In this document: piece by piece, positions 35,982-49,559 of the stretch | How the letters are laid out: each line of letters opens with the position of its first letter | Numbering within the stretch: the first letter of the stretch is position 1 | DNA from: Macrostomum lignano | Taxonomy: Eukaryota | Reading direction: 5' to 3' | NCBI GenBank assembly: GCA_002269645.1 | Contig: NIVC01002183.1 | Coordinates: 131,181 to 195,180, forward strand | DNA length: 64,000 nt | The notes under the pieces: model-generated | What the model saw: the letters and a program-made list of their open reading frames with translations, nothing else | What the model was told of the DNA's origin: nothing | Database searches by the model: none | Translations under genes and position numbers: made by a program

Positions 35982-36900
35982 CTTGACTTACTTGACTTAG
36001 CTGCAGGGCTGTCCCGGAGGGGACACAGCGGGAAGGCGCGGGCGCCCATTCCGCTAGTCCCTGAACGGCCGACGCGTCGCTATGGACGGAGGGTTGGCGC
36101 CGCCCAGGGAGGTCCCCCAGTGTCGCCAGCAGCTATGGTGCTCTCTGGAAAGGAGAGTTCAGCCCTGCGGGTGGCCCGAAGGTAGCGCATGAGCTGATTA
36201 AAGTTTTCGGGTTTGCACGCTTCAGTAATAGATGTGTGTGGTCCGAGGTAAGTGAGTCTGGCCCGCGTGAAGGCGGGACAGATGCTGACGAAATGCTCAG
36301 CGGTTTCGTCACCTGAGTTGCAGAAACTACAGGTGGCGTTGGTGGCGTTGCCCTGCAGGTACTGGTGCCTGGAGAAGCAGCCGTGACCAGAGAGGGTCAT
36401 GGTGGCAGCCCGGATGTCTCTGCGCGAGAGGCGCAAGAGGAGCTTCCGGAGCTGGTGAGAGGGCTGAGGGACAGCGCTTCTAGATTGCCTGCACTTCGTG
36501 CGGTTCGCCCAAGTCGAGCGGTGCTGAGTCCTGATCCACGCTTTGATGCGCGAGTCGATGACACAGCCAGGAATCGGGACAAGAGGTTCGGGGCCGAGAG
36601 AGGAGCCGGAGGCACCAACTTTTGCAAGGGTGTCAGCCAACTCATTTCCTCGGATCCCCACATGCCCCGGAACCCACTTAAGGGTAATTTTGTTGGCGGA
36701 ACCCAACACATTGAGGAGTTTGATACAGTCAAGGACTGTAGCAGAGTTGGTGCTGCAGCCACTGATGGCGTGCAAGGCAGCTTGGCTGTCCGAATGGAAA
36801 ATGATGTTCTTACCAGTAACGCCAGTGGCGAGAAGCTCTGCAGTGCAGGAGCTGATGGCCAGAACTTCATTTTGGTGATGAGGGTCAGTCACAGAAATAG
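35982..36900 (-). mobile_element. 5'-truncated LINE (Lian/Loa/I-group-like): RNase H, C-terminal CCHC, 3' UTR and (AAGT/AAGTC) tail
   Basis: IFHSDSQAAL...LKWVPGHVGIRGNELADTLAK; LSGHG; CSFC...ETAEHFVSIC. The tail is CTTGACTTACTTGACTTAG on the + strand. Confidence 0.92.
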
Positions 36901-37959
36901 TTATAACATATCTCTCCATTATTCATTCATTTATGACCATCAGAATGGCTGAGAAGTTGTTTTGATTATTAAAAATGAATAAACTGGAGACATAGTATTT
37001 TCCCCCAACTTGGCCCCGATCTTCCTGATCGATCGATTCTGATTCTGAAAATTTGCGAATAGGACTGACGACATTAATGACAACTTTGCCACTATTGACG
37101 CTGATATAGCTAGATTTGTTGATTTGATATTTACGGACGGAACCACTACGGAGACATCCACAAGCCCTCGCTTTAATCTCACGCTTTAGTTTCCCGTCCT
37201 GAGTGATTAAGAAGTCCTTGTGTCGGATTTCCATCCTCCAATTATTTGTACTTTCTGTTTTGCAATTCAGCCTTGTACTTTGCAGTTAGCCGACTCCCTT
37301 CTTCTACCATGCTCTTCCCCACAGACAATCTCAATCGTTAATTCACCATAGATTATACAACTAACCTGTTCATTCTGTTAGTATAAATACAAGTTAAACT
37401 CGCGGCTTAAGCCCTTCACCTCCTTCCTTTCTGCGCCACTAATCACATATTATTAGTTATTAGTTTATTGTCTATTCGACACCTTGCATATGCCGAACGA
37501 TTTCTGCACCGCCAGAGATATGATTGCATCACAGACAATAGCCCTTTACAGTACATAAATGGTATAAGCGTATAAGCGTTTTACAGTAGACATTTAGCAG
37601 CCGCTTAGCCGCTGACAGTTCGAAAATGATTTCATTAAAAATATCTCTGAACTTGTGCCATTAATCTGTCACAAGAGTCTATCAACTGGAATTACGCTGG
37701 TAATGTGCCTAAACTATAAACATATATTCTTACGTGATTTAGATACCGTTAAGCTGTTTTCCCTCTTAAAAAGCACGAGTGAACAAATGAACGAATCGCT
37801 GCGTGCGGTGCAGCGTCGCCCGAGACCGGTTCCGCGAGCAGCCCGATGAGGGAGACCTTGCTGAGTTGTGCTGGCAGTTGCTCAGCCGGTCATTGCTTGA
37901 CGATTGGTTTTTAGTTAACGGATTTGCCTTTTCGAATAAAACAACTGGAAACTTGCAAC

Positions 37960-39130
37960 TGTCAGTTTGAGAATCAGCATATCGCTTACGCTGGAATGCG
38001 ATGCTTCTCAAAATGGAATTGGTGCTGTTTTAATCCAGGACAACAAACTGGTGTTCTACGTATAAGCAAGCAGTTATCCAGTGCGGAGCGCAAGTACTCA
38101 CAGATAGAAAGGGAAGCACTCGTGATTGTCTGGGGAGCTCAGTGTCAGAGATTTTTGGCCGGTCGTCGTTTAACTCTCAGAACAGACCACAGGCCTCTGA
38201 CCAACATATTTGGATCGGATCAAGGCTTGCCTCCTAGAGTTTCAGCTCGTCTACAACGTTGGGCTCTTATGCTGATGGAATTTGACTTCACCATTCAATA
38301 TCAGAAGTCTCAGCTCATGAAGTCCAACGCTCTGTCCCGCTTGGTAAACGATGAACCTGACCAGACGCACACTATTGGCAATGTTGGTGTACCAACTCCA
38401 ACGATGTCAATCCAGGAGGTAGAACGACATGTTAAGTTGTATCCGGAGATGAAGAGTTTAATGGAAGCAATCCGAAAAGGCAATTTCAACAGCTCGAAAC
38501 TTCGGTCGTACAAACCGGTGTCTGATTCATTGACAGTGCAATTAGGTGTGATTATCCGAGATTTGAGGATCGATCTGCCGAAGTCTCTCCGAAGTAGAGC
38601 TTTGGAAGACGCTCAATCGCTCATGCTACGCATTTGGGTGTCGTCCGAACAAAGTCGTTGTTAAGATCTCAGTTTTGGTGGCCTGGATTGGACAAGGGTT
38701 TCATCAGATTCGTTGGTAATTGCAGCACGTGCAAGTTTGTGAAACCGAATAACAGAAATTATCGCGCATCCTAGCCGAAAACTAACGAGTCTGGAGAAAG
38801 CGTTCATGTGGATTTCGCAGGACCAATACAAGGTCAGTACCTGCTGGTGATAGTAGACGCCATGTCCAACTACCCAGAGGTGTACCTGACCAACAAGAAT
38901 ATGGAGCCGGAGACAGTGATTGCAAGGTTTCGTCGCACATTCTCCCAATGAGACGTCCCGGAGACAATTGTCACTGACAATGGGCCAAGTTTTGTTTCGG
39001 CTGAGTCACAGGAGTGACTTCACGGAATTGGTTGTCAGCACATCACTAAACCTCCGTACCACCCGCAATCAAACGGACTCGCCGAGCGCTTCGTTCGCAC
39101 GGTCCAAGAATCGGTGGCAGCCATGGGCCT
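37960..39130 (+). mobile_element. Degenerate Gypsy pol fragment (RNase H and integrase)
   Basis: AERKYSQIEREAL, LRTDHRPL, RLQRWAL, FWWPGLD, IVTDNGPSF, PPYHPQSNGLAERFVRT. Confidence 0.9.
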
Positions 39131-39214
39131 TAGTAAAAAAATATATGTTTATAACCGACTCAGGCGAATAGAAGAAAATCTTAAGAGACAGACGCCTTTT
39201 CAAATCAAACACGA

Positions 39215-40430
39215 TGGCTGAGATCTGGAGTGAAGACGTGGAAGAAGAAGTTCAAGACGAGCTGTTTGAAGAGGAAGGCGAAGAAGGAACAGAGGAAGAC
39301 GATCAGGATGAAAAGATGACAATCCAGAAGGCGCAGAGGGTCAACAGCCCCCCGTACGTACAACAAGATCGGTGACAGCGATGGACGCCGGATCATTGAA
39401 ACCTTTGAAAAAAAGGACGACTTCGTCGCTCTGGCATGACAGCTGAACATCAAGCGCACGACTGCGTACACGATTGTGAGATCCGAGAGAGTGGACAAGC
39501 TGCCTAAAGGAGGTGCTAGGCGAATCAAAGGGGACGCAAAGATGCAGGAGTTCATTTGTGCTCAGGTGGAAGACAATCCTCTGATTTAACCGAAGCAACT
39601 CAACTCGCTTCTGCGCCAGCATCTGCCAGCTTAGCTGGTCGCCACTGACAAGACCGTGAGTGCTAAGTTGAATGGGGCTCTTTACACCACCAAGCTAACC
39701 AGGGACCTGCCTGCGGGACGCCACTCGTGCCTGCGGGACGCAACTCGCCACACGTAATTCAAGAACGAGTGGACTTCTGTGAATGGATCTGTTCGGCTGA
39801 GGTTGTTTCTGTGCACAAGATTTTCGGCTTCGAAACGTGGATGCACCGATCGCAACGACGATCCCAACGTGGAGAGCACGTCTACAGGCAGGTCGGCTCG
39901 CAGAAGGTGCTCCGCGTGACTGTGCGTGTCGCAGTCTACCGGCATTGTGCAGTATCAGACGTACGACAGGGGAATGACCAAGGAGCGATTCGGAGAATTT
40001 TTGCACATCACCATCGGCAACTTTAATTCGGAGTTCCCAGGATCGCAGTGCCACATTGTCATTGACAACGTTAGCTCCCACAACGACGCCGAGTACTACG
40101 AGGTGCCAGATTCTGCCACGATCAGGCGACTGCCTCCATACATTCCCTTCCTCACTCTAGTGGAGAATGCCATTTTCTGTTGGAAAGCCGCTGTGAAGCG
40201 CGAGTTGGCGGCTCACCAGCAGTTGTTCATTGCTCCTACTACCGAACAACTCGGAGGTCGAACCGTGACTGCTCATCGCAAGGAGACCCTCATGGCCATG
40301 ATACAGCAGACGGCACAATGCGTGACAGCGGACAAGTGCAACGCGTGGTTCAACCACATTTTCACCTACTTGCAAAGATACTTTGTTCGACAAGCTATTT
40401 TAGATGGTTTATTTGTAACAGACGCGTGTA
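39215..40430 (+). pseudogene. IS630/Tc1-like (Gambol-like) transposase relic, DD32E spacing
   Basis: NSPHVIQERVDFCEW; HIVIDNVSSH...LPPYIPFLTLVE. Several stops and a deletion. Confidence 0.85.
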
Positions 40431-40699
40431 CTGTAGCGTTGCAGGTTGCAGCATTGTAGGTTCCTGCTGAGTGCTGAGACTGTCCTAATGTTTACCGTTT
40501 CAAGTTGAAAGTGTTTATTTTGATTGTCTTGTGTTTGTTTTCGAATTTTCACTAATGGCAAGTGGAACAAAAAAGAGAGAAAATCCATAGACCATTTTGT
40601 CTGACTGAATCGAAAGGACTCGGTTGAATATGAAAGAGAGTCTTAATTTAATTTCGATCAATCCTGCGGAGGTACACTCGAGTTTCTAATTTCAAAAAC

Positions 40700-40951
40700 T
40701 CAATCGACTCCTCGGGACCTGGTCGTATACGAGCTGCTCGGGCACAGCAGCAGTTAGCAGTGGCTCACCAACAGCACTCACTGAAGAGCATTGAAGCCAC
40801 CGAAGCGCAGGCCCAACCAACGAAGCGGTGCAGGCAGTGCTACAGGAACGGCCAGGCCAAGAAAACCGTCATATGCTGTGGCTCATGTGAAGGCAAGCCT
40901 GGACTGTGCGCAGTCCCCTGTTTCGCCGACTGGCGTGCCGTACAAGTATAA
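40700..40951 (+). pseudogene. piggyBac transposase C-terminal cysteine-rich domain fragment
   Basis: KRCRQCYRNGQAKKTVICCGSCEGKPGLCAVPCFADW matches the piggyBac CRD pattern. Confidence 0.8.
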
Positions 40952-42331
40952 ATTAAAGTTATTTTACTTCCCAGCTTTCGAAGCCAAAAGTAGCTCCTAT
41001 TTAATTTACTTAAGCAATATGGCATCTGCTTACAAAAAGGATATTATTATTGCTTTTTGCAGTCAGTTTGAGCTTAGCAGCAGTTGGCTTAACTCACAGT
41101 GGCAGAGCGCTACACTCGAGACAACTGCTGCCCCCAGTCTATGCCATAGAAAGTGACTGGTGAGCAAAGAATTCATCTTTGGAGCATTCACTTAGTCTGT
41201 AGCGCCTTGTTTCCCACTGTCCCTGCGTTTAATAAAAGTACTTTCTTTTGAGTGCCCACAAGCTAGGTTGTCTATGGCCCAAACTACAACTTTCGGTTTC
41301 AGCCCCAAACAAACTGTACTTTATTTTTATTAAATGGACGCGATCGCCTCCCAGCCGAGAGTTAACCTTTCGCTTAACTTAATCAATCATCTTCATCTTT
41401 TGGTAGCCAGCGTTACAATTCCTCTCGTGTCTGCTAAAGGATTAACATCGCTCTATAACCTACAAATCAGCAACAATATGAGCTTGGAAGATGAAGAGAG
41501 CGACACTATAGCTATGAAATGGCTTCAGAGTAGCAAGGTGACGGCCCGCAGCCAAGAACATGGATAAAGATTAGCGATGAAATGCACTGCACAGCGTAGT
41601 CATTGTTCTGGAGCTGTCTATGCTTGTACTTTTGCGTCTGGGGTTTGCAATAGCTATATGTACGTTCAATTAGGTTATCATATTTATGTTGCTCGTACGT
41701 ACAGTCCCCAATTATTGATAGCACCACTTTCACTCTTTACTGATCGCCCCACCCCTATACGCTCAATCGTGTATTGAACGCTTCCATTCAGCTTATAAAT
41801 GTCGACCTAGAGTATCTCGCTCAAATATACCATTTTCGTTTTTATCCCTTTATAGCTAATTGTCTCGATTCCATCTCTATATAGTTATTCTAGCAACCAA
41901 TCATCGAAGCCTTGGACAGAGGTGAGCGACCAGTCGAAATCACGGAATGGACGAAGATTAACGTCAAGAGTTATTTCAATTAAACGTCAGTAGAATGAGA
42001 CTGGAGTCGCACTGCCGGAGCAATTCGAAGCCAACTGGAACGTCTTTTTTAACTAAACTCCCGTCGAGGAGACACACGAATGCCTGAAAGCCGCAATCAA
42101 GCGCACGATGGCACTGGCCGGGTCCAGCGGAAACTGGCGCCCCTCTTTGATGCCGCTGTACCAATGGTACATGATCCTCATGCAGAGGATCGCCAGAGGC
42201 GACAGTGGAGGTTACGGCTGCGAAGTGTGGCTGATAGTACCGTCATTCATTGCGCCGTCTGCTAGCCTGTATTGCCGGCCAGCCAATTGTTTTATTTTAA
42301 GTTGATGAGTCCGACGAACATTAACATAATA

Positions 42332-44076
42332 CCGTGTGCGCAAAAGGTATCCGGACAAAATCTTGTTGGCTTTGCTTTCCGAGAGTTTGACATACTCCGG
42401 GAATTTAAAGCATCATTTGTATAATATGTCTATGGCCCAACTTCTGCCTGGAATTTTAACCCTGATATGCAAAATGGACTCATGCTGTTCATCCTTTTAT
42501 TTCGAAAGCTTCGTTTTCAATCCGCGGATTTGCCATCCCAAGTTGTCACAAAATGGCAAGCTATTCCTTGGATCTCAAGAAGCGTGTCGCTACCGACTTG
42601 ACTTCTGGAATGAGCGTGCGAATGTGTGCTGAGAAGTACTCAGTAGGGAAGAGCACCGTCGGTGATTGGAAGAAGCTGCTGGATTCTGGCGACAGCCTGG
42701 AACCGAAGGAGAAATCGGGACGGCCGCGGACAGTCCGGACACCAGACTTCATGGCCAACCTCGAAGCCAAGCGGGCAGAAGACCCAACGAAGACGATGAG
42801 GCAAATTGCCCGAGAGGAAGGAGTGCATGAGAGCAATGTCCGCAATGCATTTCGGGAGATGGGCGTCAGGAGCTTCGTGCAGAGGGAGATCCCCATGCTG
42901 AACGCGGATCAGCTGGGGCTTCGGGTTCAACGGTCACGGAGGCTCCTGAATGACCTCAAGGCCTCTCCCGGAGTTGAAGTCATCTTCTTCACGGATGAAA
43001 AGAACTTCACGCAGACACCCTACCGGAATCGCAGCTCTTCGCGCGTGCTGGCCAGGAGCAGTGAGGAGCGGGACGCCTTCAACTCGCCACAGATTAAGCA
43101 CCCGGCAACCATCATGGTCTTCGGCCTCGTCGCTTCTGATGGCAAGAAAATGCAGCCAATATTTTTTGACAAGGGGTACCGACTGAATGGAGACGGGTAC
43201 CTTGATGTGCTCCAGAAAGTGCTGCACTGGATTCGCAGTAACTATCCTGACAGGGTGCGGCCGGATGGCAGTTTTGCAGATGGCTGGAACTTTCGCTTCC
43301 AGCAGGACTCTGCTCCAGCACACACTCGCAATGACGTGCAGGCCTGGCTCAGCGCTCACTTCGGGCGCAAGCGCGTCTGGCTGAAGGAGGACTGGCCAGC
43401 CTACTCACCGGATCTAAATCCCCTGGATTTTTCGATCTGGAACCAGGTTGACAAGCGGGCCTGCAGAAGCTTCCACACGTCCCTGGACTCGCTGAGATCT
43501 GCCATTCATGAGGCTTGGGAATCAGAGCTGACTCCGGAATATCTGGTGAGATGCTGCAAAGCGTTTCGTGGTCGTCTTGAGAAGGTGATTGCCCAAGGAG
43601 GTTCTCCAATCGTGGATTAAATCGAGTCTGGCATGCAGAGCCGCTTGTTGGAACCATTTGAGCAGCACATTTCAGCAAGTGGGCCAGGTGATTGATTCGA
43701 GGAAGTCTGACGATCTTGAACTCTGTTAGAAAAAGCGACCGCTTCTTTAAATTAAGTTTCACTTTTGTTGCTCAATGCCCGCGTTACGTTTCTCTTGTTC
43801 GCATTTTAGAAAAAAATCGTTTTTACGTTGTTAAATCGAACACGAGCTTGAAATTTCGCGATTTACGTCATCTACCTTTAATTAAGCCATTATCACCTTT
43901 CCAGGTGAAAATAGACCGACCTGTTGCATTGGCCACTTTGCTGAAAAACGAGCTACGACAATTTGTTGCATTAAATTGCGATGTGAAAATTCATTGATTT
44001 TGGGTACAACACGTGCATATTTATCTGTCCTTCTCTGCAACACATGCAAGTGTCCGGATACTTTTTGCGTACCCGA
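42332..44076 (+). mobile_element. Tc1/mariner (maT-like) element with imperfect 26-bp TIRs and TA TSD
   Basis: TA|CCGTGTGCGCAAAAGGTATCCGGACA ... TGTCCGGATACTTTTTGCGTACCCGA|TA (22/26 match). Confidence 0.8.
42553..43620 (+). CDS. Intact Tc1/mariner transposase, 355 aa, maT-like with DD39D triad
   Basis: HTH, SGRPR, FFTDEKNF (D1), FQQDSAPAH (D2), WPAYSPDLNPLD (D3). 39 residues counted between D2 and D3. Confidence 0.95.
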   Translation: MASYSLDLKKRVATDLTSGMSVRMCAEKYSVGKSTVGDWKKLLDSGDSLEPKEKSGRPRTVRTPDFMANLEAKRAEDPTKTMRQIAREEGVHESNVRNAFREMGVRSFVQREIPMLNADQLGLRVQRSRRLLNDLKASPGVEVIFFTDEKNFTQTPYRNRSSSRVLARSSEERDAFNSPQIKHPATIMVFGLVASDGKKMQPIFFDKGYRLNGDGYLDVLQKVLHWIRSNYPDRVRPDGSFADGWNFRFQQDSAPAHTRNDVQAWLSAHFGRKRVWLKEDWPAYSPDLNPLDFSIWNQVDKRACRSFHTSLDSLRSAIHEAWESELTPEYLVRCCKAFRGRLEKVIAQGGSPIVD

Positions 44077-44399
44077 TATGAACTTCTCGTGCTTACGTTT
44101 CAAATCACTTTCTTTTTCTGTGTTCCATCGTAATGTTTTGGTTTGAATTCATTTTACTACATTCCTTTTTCGATAATAAGAATAAAATCAAAATCCAAAA
44201 GGAGGAAACGGACTAGGTTGAATGCTCCAAAGATTAAGGGCCGTATGCAGAAAAGCTAGTCTTTATAAAAACACTAGATAAGTAACTTAATGCAAATTCG
44301 CTCGATGTCTGAATAGCCTACTCTCTTCTGGGCATATGAGCGCGCAAGACTATCGATTTTTGTTCTGCCACGTCCGCGCTATGGTTTAAGCCATAGATA

Positions 44400-45232
44400 A
44401 AAGTTTCTCTAAAAGGAATCAATGATCGACTGCACATAAGATTTCCGGACAAACCAGCTGTTTGGATGACTACACTAAGCCGACAACTGGAGGGCCATGC
44501 GTACACTATCAAACTTGTTTGAGACGTGCCCGCAGAACGCAATTCCCCGGCAGTCCTAGCAGAGCGTGAAGCTTTTTATAACTGGTGGTGCTCGGCCGAT
44601 GTTATCAATGCTCCCAAGGTGTTCATCGATGAATTCAGATTCGACACCTGGGCGCGACGTCAACAGGGAAGGTCGCTCCGCGGTCAACGGGCCTACAGAA
44701 CCGGTTCCGGCCAAAAGGGCACTCGCATCACCATCTGCGTCGCTGTTTCGCCTCAGATTGGTCTGATCCACTATCAAGCGTACACTCGCGGCATGCCAAA
44801 GGAGAGATTCGCCGAATTTCTGCAAATTGTGATGGGTAACGCTCAAATGGCCTGGCCGCACCAACTTGCATACCTTATTTTTGATAATGTCAGCAGCCAT
44901 AATGACGCTGAATTACAAGAGGTTGTGGGACTGGCTGAGTTCCGTCGACTCCCTAGATACAGCCCATTTTAACACCCGTTGAGAGCGCCATCTCCGCATG
45001 GAAGGCGGCCATTAAAAGTGAACTCAGTGACAGCCGCGAAGTTTTCATCAATCCATCCGACGAAGCTCGCGCTGGGCGTACACTGGCTGAATATCGAAGG
45101 GACGAGCTGATGCGCTTCGCCGATCTAACAGTGAACGACAGCGTCACTCAGGACAAGTGTCTTCAGTGGTACAGTCACTGCTTCAGCTTTGTACCGAGAT
45201 GCATGGCCAAGATGCACATCAATGGAGACTGA
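44400..45232 (+). pseudogene. Second IS630/Tc1-like (Gambol-like) transposase relic
   Basis: RNSPAVLAER; VFIDEFRF; LIFDNVSSH...LPRYSPF(L)TPVE after restoring one T at about 44968. Homologous to 39215-40430. Confidence 0.85.
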
Positions 45233-45499
45233 AGGGCCACACTTGACGTGACTTCGATTTTCTGCTTTTGTTCCCTATGACACTGTACATGTATTGGACG
45301 ACATTTGTTTCGTCTTACGTTTAGTTAATAAAATTTTGCTGAATTTGAATGCGACTTTGGTTGAAATTGAATGCAAAAAGGTGTAGTAGGGGTTCACCAT
45401 GGCTTTCCTATGAGAAATCAGAGCGAAAGCAAGGAGTATAGATTTTTTTAATTTTCTCGTTTGCAAGAGCGCTATTTCGTTTTCATTTAAAGAAGTAAA

Positions 45500-46171
45500 A
45501 ACAATTGTCAAAATGGCTGTTCAAAATGGAAGTTCAATGAAGCGTGGCTGCTTTCTATCTCATCGATCAAAAGTCTGACCAGGTCGCTGATGCAAAATTA
45601 CGATTTTCAGTACATCTGCACTAGGAGGCTAACTCAGGATCACGTTGAGGTGCGTTAAACAACATTTTACTGCTGTGCATTATTAATTATTGTAGCCTAG
45701 CCATTATTAAAATAACAACTTATTCAAAAGTTAAATTTTCGAAATATTGTAGAATCTTTTAGCGTCATCAGAGGTCGCAATGGGTTCAATGAAAAGCCAG
45801 AACTTCCAGCCTCTATTTGGTGCCCTCCGATCGGTTTCTGCGAGTGGCATAATGAGACCCGAGTCAAAAACTGGGTCGTTCACATTGGATTGACAGCACC
45901 ATCGGAAGCAGTTCTAGAAAGTTTCATGCTTTCGGAATCTTTATTTGGCTCACTACCGAAGACTAAATTGCTGCAGAATCTCGTGAGCCATTCAATATTG
46001 AGACACTTCCGACACGCAAATGTGACCTTCCCCTCGTGCTCAGTGCATCCGGAGATCGTCTGGCGGCAACTGTGCGTCAAGTTCGCTCGTCTCAGACTGC
46101 ATCACTGGTGCCGCTGTGAGGCCAAACCGCTGAAGGATAGGACAGTGCAGCGCAAGCAGAAAGATGAGTAA
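45500..46171 (+). pseudogene. P-element (THAP9-like) transposase 3' part with a GT-AG intron (45650-45752)
   Basis: FQYICTRRLTQDHVE | NLFSVIRGRNGFNEKP, then KFARLRLHHWC. Confidence 0.75.
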
Positions 46172-46864
46172 ACTCAAGTAGCCTTTGTATTCGTATAAAA
46201 CATTTGTATTTCGTTCTTTGTATCCCATTCGTTAACTTCAATTTTTTCATGCACATTTGCGTTAACTGACTGGCTTAAACTAAAAAACTTCATTTGTTTT
46301 CAAAAATGCTTTTGTCTTTCCCTAATGCTATACATGCATAATATTTATTTTTGTGAAATAATCTTTGTATACATGAAAAGTTGATACGACCTTGTGACCT
46401 TGTGCATAAAAATACACGTGCATGCCACTATTAACAAGTTTTAAAACCAAGCCACATTTTTTGTTCAAAGTTTTCATTTCCCATCCGTGTAAATAAATGT
46501 CATACCTTTTTAATCTGGATCAAAATCTAAATATAAAATTAACACTTTACTCGATGCACAAATAAATCCAATAAACTCTAATACAGACACGCCTAATTGA
46601 AAGTAGCTTGTTCATGAAATAGGCGAGTGAACCATCTAGTGTTTATATTATCTAGCTCGTATGGTCGTAACTAAGGAGAAGAATCTAGGCTACTCTACTC
46701 TAGGCTAGACCAAGCGCCAAACTCAAGGTCAAGTTTTAAAGAAATCCCCCATATTCTATGTGCCAAAGTCAGCCATCTGACGCGCCCTGCTTTAACTGAC
46801 TTTGCTTGCGGGGTCGCGTATTTTGTTGTTGTTTGTTGTCAGTAGAACATAAAAACGGAGCACA

Positions 46865-48130
46865 ATGAAAAGACAAGCTCTTACACTTGTTTCTTCTGCG
46901 CTACTAAATGTCACTGCTACACATATGTCAGCAAAAGACTACGAAGACATTCTTCTCGATGCCCTTGCAGGGACATTCGTCTGCCATTTTGTCGAAGGGC
47001 CAAACGCCTGTATGCCAGAAACGACGAGCAAAGGCCTGGGAGATCGTGCCTGCTCTGGCCAATGAGCAGTGCAAGACTAGCTACCCTTTTGAAAAGTTAC
47101 AAAAAAGTTGAAAGAACATCTTGCAGCGAATCAAGGAGAAAAACGTACAGAAAACCGGTGACGGACCGCCGCCTGAAAATGTCGTCTACTGACTTGAAGG
47201 TGCTGCAAAAAATTGGCAACGACAATCCACGAGTGACGCCATTGTCTGCTGACTTGAGCATTGGCGTGGCAGAGGAAGCCAGCTCGAGACCACCATTTCC
47301 GTCTGTGACATCAGCAAACCTAGTGGATTGCTCCGCGTCACAAATTAGCCTGAGCTCGCGATTGAATGCTCGCTGTCAACCTTCTTGATTTTGATACGGA
47401 GTGAGCGTAAAAGTCGTAATCAGAGTCACCAACTAGATGTCCATGCCACTCGGATTCTAGTAGAGAAAACGGTACATCCAGCTGCTCCGGAATATTTTAG
47501 AATCATGAGCAGAACCTGGGCCACATAGCGGAAACTTCGAAGAAACATGTAACTAGCATGGAAAACAGCCTGGACATTGATTGAATGAAAGCCTTTGCGA
47601 CTGATAAACTCGTCTGGAAAACGATCATTCGGAGGTCGCCGAATTCACACATGCGTGCAGTCAATAGTGCCGATAACGTCGGGCAGTTCACTTATCAGAC
47701 TGAAGGAATTCGAAACTTGACCTCGCTCAAGCACCGAATCAGGGAAGGCGATGTTGTTCAGCCTCAAGTGCAAAGCACATACGACGTCCCTATAGCAACG
47801 GGACATAGTACTCTGGTTAATGCCTCCGAGGGCTGCTAGGTTTTGTTGAAACGAACCAGTTCCTAAATACGACAGCGTCAGGCACAACTGCAGCGTTGGT
47901 GATAAACTCTTATTCCTAGAGGGCTCTCTCTGTGGGTCGGTTTCAATCAAATCAACACAAGGGAAATCAGCGATATCGGCTCAAATCTGAAAAGTCTCTT
48001 GACATATCAAAGTCCGAAAACTGTTGCAGTGGTTCGATCTAGACGATCTTGAAGCACTTGAAGATGATGTCTAAGATCACTCTGCATTAATCCGAGAGCC
48101 ACCACAATATGAACTGAAGCCCTGATCATT
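46865..48130. mobile_element. Third Harbinger relic: Myb-like (+, about 46865-47390) and nuclease (-, about 48130-47450)
   Basis: LCLTLSYLGTGSFQ...INQSTMSRC...LPDVIGTIDCTHV on the - strand; KNILQRIKEKNVQKTGDGPP on the + strand. Confidence 0.8.
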
Positions 48131-48247
48131 GAGCGGCAGAGAGGTGCGATTGACAGGTTTTGAGAAGCTTGATAGGGCATTTAATTGGTGGGAACGTGGA
48201 TTTTAAATCGATTGTCCTGTTCTGTTTTGTTCTAAATTTGGGGTCGC

Positions 48248-48505
48248 TTCACAAGCTCGAAATTTCACAACCTCGAAAAGCACTTCCTTTCACAAACCCG
48301 AAACTTCATGAGCTCGAAATTTCACAACCTCGAAAACCATTCTAGCAGCCCACTTTCACAAACTCGAAACTTCATAAGCTCGAAATTTCATATCCTCGAA
48401 AATTTTAGCAAGCGACTTCACAAGCTCGAAATTTCACAACCTCAAAAACCATTTTAGCAGCCGACTTCACAAGCTCGAAATTTCATATCCTCAAAAATTT
48501 TAGCA
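48248..48505. repeat. Sub-terminal repeats (ACAAGCTCGAAATTTCACAACCTCGAAA-like), 5-6 copies
   Basis: Direct inspection; they lie upstream of the minus-strand Harbinger nuclease. Confidence 0.8.
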
Positions 48506-49559
48506 AGCGACTGCTGTATACGTTTACTTTAGTCGTCCTTGTGTGTAACCACCGTAAGTGGACACTTATTGTCTATGTGCAACAACTTACGAAGCTCATG
48601 AAAACTCGACCTGAGATCCCTACTGTGTATTCAATAATGCACACTTAATTATCCTATATCAATCCTGCGCATGTTTTCATTTAATTTTCTCCGTTAAGTT
48701 TACACAAAATATTTCTGTTCAGTCTGAACCTGAATGTATATTTTTGAGAATACATGTTCACCAAATATTTAACTTTCCTGTAATGCCGACAAATCATTTT
48801 TAAATTGAGGACATAGAAATTACGAGTAACTTCTCTGTCTTAAAAATTCAAATGCACGAAAAAGCTCAAAAACACTTACCGCTCAGAAACCAGCCGAGCT
48901 TGCGCGAATTCTATGCAAAGTTAAAGATTACCAATTGCTATACATTGTTACGTACATGTAGTGTAATCTCTGAAGAGCTAATAGGAAAAATCGAAAGCTT
49001 ATTTTGCTTCTGTGATGCTGATATAGCCTCAGGGACTGTCACTGATTAATATTTGTCCTTATGAATTGGCCTACCCTGTTTAGAACTCTCAGGAAAATTT
49101 ATCCTGTAATTTCAGACTGGATCGTGCTAAAGTCTTTGGGTTGCTATCAGTTTTAAGACTGAATTTTATCGATCGATATCTAACCACCGTTTGGCGCATG
49201 CAAAGCTCAATATAGTCTATGGCCATCGTATGCAAGTTTGATTCAAACCGCGCTCTAACATAGATTTTGACCATAGACACTGACAGAATCTACATGTATA
49301 TATCAATCAATTACAGTCATCGAGCGTACATGCTCAGTATTTATATAGCCGCCGTGTCCCAAAAAAGCTTACCATTTTAATTGACACATGTTTCGGCTCA
49401 CATGCCCTGATATCTAGCTAAGCTACATACTGTGATAAATACAATATAAATATATTGCATGCACGATAAGCAATTATTTAGGCCCTAGACAAACCTATTT
49501 TTGGAGCGTTCAGAGATTTTAAAGCTATTGGCCCTAATTGCCTATCGCCGGTCGGCGAG

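Noticed and set aside
41940-42305. Possible transposase C-terminus (LKAAIKRTMA...)
   Set aside because: No diagnostic motif could be recognised with confidence.
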